In this document: in pieces, positions 8,683-16,277 of the stretch
How positions within the stretch are numbered: position 1 is the first letter of the stretch
Layout of the letters: every line of letters begins with the position of its first letter
NCBI GenBank assembly: GCA_964632315.1
Contig: CAZWEM010000027.1
Span: 1-31,610 of the forward strand
Reading direction: 5' to 3'
Origin: an uncultured archaeon
Lineage (GTDB): Archaea; Asgardarchaeota; Lokiarchaeia; Sigyniarchaeales; SOKP01
Length of the DNA: 31,610 nucleotides
Notes under the pieces: generated by a model
Seen by the model: only the letters and a program-made list of their open reading frames with translations
Databases searched by the model: none
Told to the model about the DNA's origin: nothing
Made by a program: the position numbers and the translations under genes

Positions 8683-10521
8683 TTAAAGTTGGTCTAATCC
8701 TAAGTTCGTAAGTTTTTCTTTATCTGGGTAACCCGAGTTGAGATCGAAATTTCTGTAGGCATAATAGGCATTTTTTAGTTTCTCAAAATCTGGAGATTTC
8801 CCTGCTGATCCACCTTCCTCTACCGGATCTAACACAATCTTGGGTAGTCTATCATCAGCAGCAGTCAGTCCCATCTTTAAATTAAACAATCGCTTCATCA
8901 TATATATTTTCTCTCCCATCGTTTTAAATTGTTCCATGTTAAGTGAGAGACCAACTGAGTTATTAAGCATCGCTAATACCATTGATGGAGGAGGGTTAGC
9001 AAATATGCACATTATTAGAGAATTTGTTATAGCACGATAATCTTGAATTCGCGCACAAAACTCTGCCATTGGAGCATCATCTTGATACCAATCTACGTTA
9101 TTTATTATCCCAAATTCATCAAAAGGAACCCCCAATAGTATAAAATATGCATCGCAAGAAGTATGACAAGGGCCTCTTGGAGTAGCTAAAGCGTAACCGG
9201 CTGCCATTCCATACATTCTTCGTAAGTCATGATAAGGAATTTCCATTCCATAAACCGTTGCAATATCATCTTGTGGAATATTAAAGGTTTTACCTACGAA
9301 ATCTGAACCATTTGCTAAAATATCCCCTACACCTTCTCTTGACGCAATTTTCTTGATCATTTCAAATACCGGGCTAACTTTACCCCATTCTGGCTCCAAA
9401 TCATCAATATCTTCTTTTTTAATTCTACCTTCATTGTACAAATAATAAATGAGTGCAATAGTACCACTCCCACTTATAGTATCAATGCCATAGTCATTGC
9501 ATAAATAATTTGCGTGTTGAATAGATTCTAAATCATCATTTAAAATCATTGAACCAAAACCCGCAACGGTTTCATATTCTGCTGCTTCAATTTCTCCTTC
9601 AGTTTTAAATTGACCTGTCTCAATTTTAGCTTTTTTTGCACATCCGATAGGGCAAGCAAAACAAGGGTAACTCTTGGTAAAAACTTTTTCCGAGGCTGTT
9701 GCTCCCGATAAATTAAATGCCCCTTCCCATGTGCCTAATCTCCAATACTTAATTGGAAGTTCTCCAGTAGAGTTATACATATCTACTCCTCCAGAAGTTC
9801 CAAGGGAACCGAACATTTGCGATGCAAACGAAGAATTCACGTTTTCAATCGCATTCTTTACACTTTTCTTAAATTCTTCAGTATTTGCCGCTTCATAGGG
9901 ACTCTTTTTAGCCTTTATCACGATAGCTTTCAGTTTTTTTGAACCCATAACCGCTCCCATTCCTGTCCTTCCAGCTGCTTTATCCTCAGACCCAATTGTT
10001 GCATATTTAACCATATTTTCTCCGGCTTGACCGATACACGCAACTCGTGCTAAATTTGATCCCATATCATTTTTGAGAAAATTAGTCGTCTCAAAAACTC
10101 CTTTTCCCCATAATTTAGATGCATCTTTAAGTTGGATCTTATCTTCATTTACTTCAAGATAAACTGGTTCTTTAGATTTTCCTGAAATAATAATTCCATC
10201 ATAACCTGCTTTTTTTAATTCGGGTCCAAAATATCCACCACAATTTGATTCCCCCCATATTCCAGTTAGAGGAGATTTTGCACATACCACAAATCTACCA
10301 CTAGTTGGAGCATTTGAGCCACATAAAGGACCAGTCATGAACATTAATACATTTTCCGATGAAAGAGGATCAGTGGTTTTAGCAATTTTTTCATAAAGAT
10401 ATCTTACACAATACCCAGCTCCGCCAAGAAAAGACGAAGCAATCTCCTCATCTAACGGTTCATCTTCAATTTTTCTAGAAGACAGATCAATTTTTAATAA
10501 TTTCCCAGTAAATCCTTTCAT
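8683..10521 (-). CDS. Aldehyde:ferredoxin oxidoreductase family (tungstopterin)
   Basis: KSPLTG, GRTGMGAVMGSKKLKA, CFACPIGC plus distal Cys (LIMC), EYET, DYGIDTIS. GAGGAG RBS upstream. Confidence 0.93.
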   Translation of the reverse strand: MKGFTGKLLKIDLSSRKIEDEPLDEEIASSFLGGAGYCVRYLYEKIAKTTDPLSSENVLMFMTGPLCGSNAPTSGRFVVCAKSPLTGIWGESNCGGYFGPELKKAGYDGIIISGKSKEPVYLEVNEDKIQLKDASKLWGKGVFETTNFLKNDMGSNLARVACIGQAGENMVKYATIGSEDKAAGRTGMGAVMGSKKLKAIVIKAKKSPYEAANTEEFKKSVKNAIENVNSSFASQMFGSLGTSGGVDMYNSTGELPIKYWRLGTWEGAFNLSGATASEKVFTKSYPCFACPIGCAKKAKIETGQFKTEGEIEAAEYETVAGFGSMILNDDLESIQHANYLCNDYGIDTISGSGTIALIYYLYNEGRIKKEDIDDLEPEWGKVSPVFEMIKKIASREGVGDILANGSDFVGKTFNIPQDDIATVYGMEIPYHDLRRMYGMAAGYALATPRGPCHTSCDAYFILLGVPFDEFGIINNVDWYQDDAPMAEFCARIQDYRAITNSLIMCIFANPPPSMVLAMLNNSVGLSLNMEQFKTMGEKIYMMKRLFNLKMGLTAADDRLPKIVLDPVEEGGSAGKSPDFEKLKNAYYAYRNFDLNSGYPDKEKLTNLGLDQL

Positions 10522-10643
10522 TGTTTGACTCCTCTTGTTTGTTCAATTTATGTAATTATATCAATCTATTATTTTTTAATATAATAGTTTTATAAAATTT
10601 CACTATCAGATACATAAAAGTAATTTCTTTGGTGTTATAGGAT

Positions 10644-12374
10644 TTATCTAAAAATTTTTGCACCCCTTTGTTCCAAATCCTCCAGAAAAAGAGGGTAGTC
10701 TTTAAAATTGTTTTTCTCAATATTTAAATATTTAAGAAGGGGTAAATTAGCTATTGAATCAGGTAAAGAGCTAAGTAAATTTGTCCTTAAAAATAAATAT
10801 TCTAAATTCTTGAGCTTTCCTGTTGTATCAGGGAGTTCTTTTAATTTGTTATTTCCTAAATAAAGATTGGATAATGATTGGAGTGACCCTACACACTCGG
10901 GAATGAATTCAATTTCATTATAATAAAGATAAAGATGCTTCAATTGTTTCAAATTTCCTATTGTCTCTGGTATCTCAAGTATTGAGTTTTTACCTAAATC
11001 TAAAGTCTCTAAGTTTTCTAAATCTCCTATTGAATCAGGGATATTGGTTAATCTGTTGAAGCCAAGAATTAGATTTTTGAGTTGATGCAAATTGCCAATA
11101 GAATCATTTAATTTTATGAGTTTATTCGTTGATATGTCTAATTCGGTTAGACTTTTTAGGTAACTAAAAGAATCCGGTAATTCTTCTAAACTATTTTTGC
11201 TTAAATCAATAATTTCCAAATCTATTAATCTACCAATCGAATCTGGGAGACATTTTAGCCTATTATCATATAAATCGAATTCTTTGAGATTTTGTAGATT
11301 GCCAATAGACTCCGGAAGCTTCTCCAATTCGTTTCGATCTACTTTTAAAATCTCAAGATTGATTAAATTACCAATTGATGGTGTCAATTCCTTTAAATTA
11401 TTTCGATCTAGTTTTAAAACCCTTAAATTGGACATCTTTCCAATGTCAGGTAGTGTTTGCAGCTTGTTATTAGAAACCTCCAGCTTAATTAGACATCTTA
11501 ATGAATGAACTGACGAAGGAATTTTTGTTAAATTATTTGAAGTTAAATTAAGATTTTCTAGAGAATTCAACGATCCTATGGAGTCTGGTAACCTTGAGAG
11601 CTTATTAGACCATAATCCAAGATAAACCAAATTCTCTAACTTACCAATTGAGCTGGGAAGATTTACTAATTGGTTTGACTTAAGAAAAAGTGAAGTTAGA
11701 GAGCTTAAATTTCCTATTGTATCATTAAGTTGAGTTAACTGGTTGTTCCTAAGATTTAACCTCTTTAAGTTTTTTAGGTTTCCAATTCCATTGGGTAATT
11801 CTTTCAAATTATTATTCCCTAAATACAACAATTCTAAGGAACTAAGTTCTCCAATTGCAGCTGGAATTGACTCCAATTGATTATTACTCAAGTCTAATGA
11901 AACTAACTCTTTTAAAGTTCCTATATTATTTGGAATTGATCTTAACTTGTTTCCGCTTAGATCTAAAATCTCGATGGAAGAAAGATATTTAATTTCATTG
12001 GGTAATTCTGAAATATGATTAGATTCAAGATATAATTGTATTAATGAGGCGCAAGAGAGTAGTACTTTTGGAAACTTAATTAAATTATTTTCACTAAGAT
12101 CTAAAACCTTTAATGATGACAAAAAACTGATAGCTTCAGGGATCAAACGAAGTGTATTTCCTCTTAGCATGAACTTTTCTAATGCGTGGAGAGCGTTGAT
12201 TTTTCCGGGAATTTCTGTTAATCTACAAGAAAATAAGGAGATCCCATTGATTCGATCATTTTTAACAGTATATCCAAAAGAATAACTATGCAAATCTGGA
12301 ACTTGTGGTATCGGTTCTCCGATCAAGGATTCAAGATCTTGAAGGAATCTCCTTTCTTCCAATGGAATTGACAT
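10644..12374 (-). CDS. Leucine-rich-repeat protein with ~22-23 tandem 23-aa LRRs
   Basis: Consensus LxxLxLxxNxLxxLPxxIGxLxx repeats from about residue 42 to the C-terminus, after a short N-terminal cap. No other domain, signal peptide or TM segment. Confidence 0.93.
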   Translation of the reverse strand: MSIPLEERRFLQDLESLIGEPIPQVPDLHSYSFGYTVKNDRINGISLFSCRLTEIPGKINALHALEKFMLRGNTLRLIPEAISFLSSLKVLDLSENNLIKFPKVLLSCASLIQLYLESNHISELPNEIKYLSSIEILDLSGNKLRSIPNNIGTLKELVSLDLSNNQLESIPAAIGELSSLELLYLGNNNLKELPNGIGNLKNLKRLNLRNNQLTQLNDTIGNLSSLTSLFLKSNQLVNLPSSIGKLENLVYLGLWSNKLSRLPDSIGSLNSLENLNLTSNNLTKIPSSVHSLRCLIKLEVSNNKLQTLPDIGKMSNLRVLKLDRNNLKELTPSIGNLINLEILKVDRNELEKLPESIGNLQNLKEFDLYDNRLKCLPDSIGRLIDLEIIDLSKNSLEELPDSFSYLKSLTELDISTNKLIKLNDSIGNLHQLKNLILGFNRLTNIPDSIGDLENLETLDLGKNSILEIPETIGNLKQLKHLYLYYNEIEFIPECVGSLQSLSNLYLGNNKLKELPDTTGKLKNLEYLFLRTNLLSSLPDSIANLPLLKYLNIEKNNFKDYPLFLEDLEQRGAKIFR

Positions 12375-12493
12375 TTGTTTCAGTCAGAATTTATTAATTA
12401 CATATCACAAAAAATTAGATATTTATATTTTTAACATTTTGATAAAATGATTCAGTAATAACGATAAAAATATTTAAAAAAAAAATTTGTGAA

Positions 12494-13699
12494 TTAGAAA
12501 TCTATATCCTTTCCATCATAAGCATAGACATAGATTTTTTTAAATTCATCAGGACTGGGAGAGCGTGGTGTTAGTACTGCACTAGCATCTTGATAACATA
12601 AATTCAATAGGGTATCTAAATCTTCCTCAAGTTGTTGCTTTGAAACCTTATCCTTCACCGTTTCTTTCAAATTCAGTGAGAAGTTAACTTTTTTTGCCAA
12701 CTCTTCGATTTTTGTGATGACCATTCGCGCCGCTTTTTCTTCATTTTCATCCCAATTCACCCATCCCATCTGCTTAGATAACTTTGCATAAATTTTTATG
12801 ACCTCTTGGTTTTCTGGTCCATTCATAATAAATTGAGTCACATACTTCAAAATGGCACCTACAGAGCGTCCATGCGGTACGTGATATAGCGCACCCCAAC
12901 TGTGCCCCATTGTATGTCCTATATGAACATTACCATTACCAAAAGCTAATCCTGCTATTGTTGCCGCTTGGGCCATAAAATCTCTTGCTTCCTCATTTGT
13001 TCCATCCTCATAAGCAATTGGTAAATATTTAAAAATCAATTCAATCGCTTTCAATGCTAAAGCATTGCTAAATTCATTTCTCCATAATGTTCCCAATCCT
13101 TCGATGGAGTGCGCTAAAGCATCAAAAGCAGTATCCGCAGTTAATTGTGGAGGCATGCCTTTTGGAAAAATTGGGTCTACAATTGCATAAGTAGGTATTA
13201 AACCTCGATGGAGATACAAGTATTTCTTCCAAATTTCTTCTTCATATCGAGAAATAACGGTTACATAGGTAGTTTCAGCACCGGTACCTGAAGTGGTAGG
13301 AATGGCAACCAACTTCGCTCTTTTTCCCATTTCGTATAGATCCGATCGAAATGCATGGATATCATCTAATTGTAACTCTGGAAATTCATAAAGAGCCCAT
13401 ACGGTCTTTGCGGTGTCCATTACAGAACCACCACCCAAAGCGATGATGATCTCAGGCTTGTAGTTCAGGCACATTTCTCTGGCTTTTAATACTCCTTCTT
13501 CTCTAGGATCAGGAAGTACTTCATTAAAAACTTCATAGCTTTTCTCGAACTTATCCAATTTTTCAGTTAGTATTTTTAAATATCCTAAGTCAGTCAGTAT
13601 CTTATCTGTTATAATAAAACATTTCTTTCCTGAAATATTTTCAAAAAAATCCAAAGCATCAGGTCCATATATAATATTTGGGCTAAAAAAGAACCACAT
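12494..13699 (-). CDS. Iron-containing (type III) alcohol dehydrogenase
   Basis: GGGSVMD, PTTSGTGAE, DALAHSIEG, HIGHTMGH, HVPHG. SD AGGTGA at 13707-13712. Confidence 0.93.
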   Translation of the reverse strand: MWFFFSPNIIYGPDALDFFENISGKKCFIITDKILTDLGYLKILTEKLDKFEKSYEVFNEVLPDPREEGVLKAREMCLNYKPEIIIALGGGSVMDTAKTVWALYEFPELQLDDIHAFRSDLYEMGKRAKLVAIPTTSGTGAETTYVTVISRYEEEIWKKYLYLHRGLIPTYAIVDPIFPKGMPPQLTADTAFDALAHSIEGLGTLWRNEFSNALALKAIELIFKYLPIAYEDGTNEEARDFMAQAATIAGLAFGNGNVHIGHTMGHSWGALYHVPHGRSVGAILKYVTQFIMNGPENQEVIKIYAKLSKQMGWVNWDENEEKAARMVITKIEELAKKVNFSLNLKETVKDKVSKQQLEEDLDTLLNLCYQDASAVLTPRSPSPDEFKKIYVYAYDGKDIDF

Positions 13700-13723
13700 T
13701 TTTAATTCACCTTCGAAAAGTAC

Positions 13724-13782
13724 TACTTTACTCTTTGTAAAGTAATATTTATATTTTTTTTAAAGTTAATTAAATAATTAAC
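13724..13782. promoter_or_regulatory. Divergent promoter region: TATA box of adh flanked by two perfect 8-bp inverted repeats
   Basis: TACTTTAC-N5-GTAAAGTA (13724-13744). Minus-strand TATAAATA (13746-13753) preceded by an A-run. GTTAATTA-N2-TAATTAAC (13765-13782). Confidence 0.45.
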
Positions 13783-13847
13783 AGCATTGTTTTTGAAGTT
13801 TGATTAGGAAATTTAACTTTTATTATTAAATTATAAGGTAGACGAAA

Positions 13848-14267
13848 ATGGAGGAATCGGAAAAAGAGAATTTATTCATAACATTCAAGGGTGTTATTGA
13901 GAGCATCATAGAAGATAAACGAAAAAATCAGAAAAATCTTGATATGATTGATAATTTTGAGGGTAGAATTAATTTGGGTCTTCACGTAGAAGAAGATTTC
14001 ATATTTTGGTTAAATTTGGTTGCAAAAGACGGGATTTACTCCTTGAAACGGGGGAAAATAGATGAATATGATTTGGAGATCGTTTCTGCTCCCGAAGACA
14101 TGATGTATTTTTCAAACGGAGAGTACTCAACTCTTCACATGATGCTTACAAAGAATCGATTTGGAAAAAGAAAACTTCAATTCAGCAAGGGAAGTAATGG
14201 GAAAAGAAATTTAGGATTGTTATTGAAGTTACCAAAAATATTAGTTTTAGATAAAGTAAAGTATTGA
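13848..14267 (+). CDS. Hypothetical protein, probable SCP2 (sterol-carrier-protein-2)-like fold
   Basis: 139 aa with an SCP2-like pattern (..WLNLVAKDG..KRGKIDEYDLEIVSAPEDMMYFSNG..LHMMLT..LQFS). Divergent from the family consensus. Confidence 0.55.
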   Translation: MEESEKENLFITFKGVIESIIEDKRKNQKNLDMIDNFEGRINLGLHVEEDFIFWLNLVAKDGIYSLKRGKIDEYDLEIVSAPEDMMYFSNGEYSTLHMMLTKNRFGKRKLQFSKGSNGKRNLGLLLKLPKILVLDKVKY

Positions 14268-14279
14268 AGCTTTTTTTTC

Positions 14280-14894
14280 TTAAATTCTTTTAATTATTTT
14301 TCCATCATAACTAAAGTAGTCTTTTGTTTCAGAGATTTTATTTTCTCTCATATTCAATCGATAAAGAATGGTATTAATCTGACCTGTATCCACTTTTATA
14401 TTTATTACTATAAACGAGGGAATTTGACTTGCAATGAATGACCACGCTCCAGTGACACTTCCCGGATTGAGTAATAAAATCCCATTTTTCGTAAGTGTTA
14501 TTTCCTCTTGATGAGTATGGCCCGAAATAAGGATATTGTAATTTTTCTCCATAGCTATTAACTCCAGTTGATCATGATCTCCTCTTGGACTTATCTGAGC
14601 GCCGTGTGTCATACCTATTAAGAGTTGATTAGAAAGCTTTAATCGTTGAAATTTAGGAGCATCGCGATTCCCTCCATAATAATCCATATTTCCAAGAACT
14701 CTAAAAAAATCTCGTTTTGTTCTAAGTTTTAAGAACTCAATAAATTCAGGAGCATCTATTACATCTCCTGTAAAAAAGGTATAGTCGAATAGGGTTTCTT
14801 CTGCTAATATTCCGAGTTTTTCGTATATTTTAGGCGGAATTTCCCTAGCTCTACGAGGGATATGAGCATCTCCAATTGCTAATAAATTTATCAT
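14280..14894 (-). CDS. YfcE/MJ0936/Vps29-family metallophosphoesterase
   Basis: GDAHIPRR, TGD, GNMD, THGAQISPRGD, ILISGHTH, NPGSVTGAW, PSFIVINI. Confidence 0.88.
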   Translation of the reverse strand: MINLLAIGDAHIPRRAREIPPKIYEKLGILAEETLFDYTFFTGDVIDAPEFIEFLKLRTKRDFFRVLGNMDYYGGNRDAPKFQRLKLSNQLLIGMTHGAQISPRGDHDQLELIAMEKNYNILISGHTHQEEITLTKNGILLLNPGSVTGAWSFIASQIPSFIVINIKVDTGQINTILYRLNMRENKISETKDYFSYDGKIIKRI

Positions 14895-14930
14895 GGGTTC
14901 CTTCTTTAACTTTTAAGCGATTGAATAAGG

Positions 14931-16034
14931 CTATTTATCATATTCTTTTTTATATGCTTCCATTACATATTTATGTAATTCTCTTGTCTTAGGATCTTCA
15001 TTAATATGTGTTTGAATTGGTTCAAGCAGTTTAATTAAATATTTTGAGACGGCAGGTTTTAGATCGGGGGGATTTAATTTTCCATTTTTATAATCTTTTT
15101 CCAATTCATCAAAGCTATTATAAGTGACATCTCCTCCATATTTTTCTGGCCTATTAATTTGGAACTCGTCAAGTAATTCGAATATGATATATTTACAATA
15201 TTCCATAACAGGATTTTCATCAATGTCGTTTGGTGGACAATAAGCTTTGTTAATTTTTCGTTTGATTTCTTTTGGAGAGTCTAACATGAAGATTGCCGAA
15301 TCTGGATCTGATTTTGACATTTTCAGTTTCACAGCTCGATCTATTCCAGTCAATTCGGTGTCTGGGGGTTTCCCCAGACCCATTAGCATGTGGTGACTTA
15401 AAGAAATTGGTTTGGGCTTATCCAATTTACTAGCAACTTCTCTTGCGAGCATATTTACTTTTCTTTGATCTAATCCTAATTGACATACATCAGCAGGAAG
15501 ATAAAAGATATCTGCACATTGCATTAGTGGATATAATATCTGAGAAGCTGTTAAAGCATCTGTATCTTCTCTTCCCATTATCTGAGTGCATCTTTTCACA
15601 CGATTTAGAGTACTATTAATGGCAATTTTCAAAACAAGCTCCCAATAATCCGAATTCTTTACCAAGTCCGAAGCATAAACGAATTCAACTTTTGTCAGAT
15701 CCATGTTGCAAGCCTTCCATACTGCAATGAAATAATCTCCCACTTTCTTAATTATATCTAAATCTCCACCGAATTTATGATTTGCAGCAGCATGCCAATC
15801 TGCTACGAGAAATTTAAATCTTATTCCAGCTTTGGTTATTTTATTTACATTAATAGCTCTTAATAACCCCTGAGCAATATGAATATTACCTGAAGGCTCG
15901 AATCCATCATAGGCATAAATTTGTTGATTATGCTCGGTTTTCCATTTAATTAGCTCTCTTAGTTCTTGTTCGTCGATGATTTCTTCACCGACTTCTTTAA
16001 GTAATACCATTTTTTCATCTAAACTTAGCTTCAT
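14931..16034 (-). CDS. tyrS: Tyrosyl-tRNA synthetase (archaeal/eukaryotic type)
   Basis: YDGFEPSGNIHIAQG (HIGH variant), ADWHA, YPLMQCAD, GLDQRK, KMSKS, KAYCP. Confidence 0.96.
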   Translation of the reverse strand: MKLSLDEKMVLLKEVGEEIIDEQELRELIKWKTEHNQQIYAYDGFEPSGNIHIAQGLLRAINVNKITKAGIRFKFLVADWHAAANHKFGGDLDIIKKVGDYFIAVWKACNMDLTKVEFVYASDLVKNSDYWELVLKIAINSTLNRVKRCTQIMGREDTDALTASQILYPLMQCADIFYLPADVCQLGLDQRKVNMLAREVASKLDKPKPISLSHHMLMGLGKPPDTELTGIDRAVKLKMSKSDPDSAIFMLDSPKEIKRKINKAYCPPNDIDENPVMEYCKYIIFELLDEFQINRPEKYGGDVTYNSFDELEKDYKNGKLNPPDLKPAVSKYLIKLLEPIQTHINEDPKTRELHKYVMEAYKKEYDK

Positions 16035-16277
16035 TATCTAACCTCATTCAATCCACTAGATGATTTAAATTATGGATCTTGATATATTCTTTATGGAATG
16101 GTTATATTATTTAATTTTGAAGGTGTTTTATATCATTTGTATAGCGATATCTTAAAATTTCAGTAATAAACAAAAATCTTATATCAATATACGAGTTCAC
16201 TTCTAAATTCAAAATGGACTCGCTTTCAGTAAACAGATATTGAAAGATAAGTAATTTATAAAAATATGTATAAAAAA

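Noticed and set aside
10644-12374. 69-nt periodicity as a CRISPR array or DNA tandem repeat
   Set aside because: The periodicity is explained by LRR coding; there are no identical repeats with unique spacers.
16158-16248. Hammerhead ribozyme or C/D-box sRNA (two CUGA motifs on the minus strand)
   Set aside because: CUGAAAG does not match CUGANGA, the GAAA/UH arrangement is absent, and no upstream RUGAUGA C box exists.
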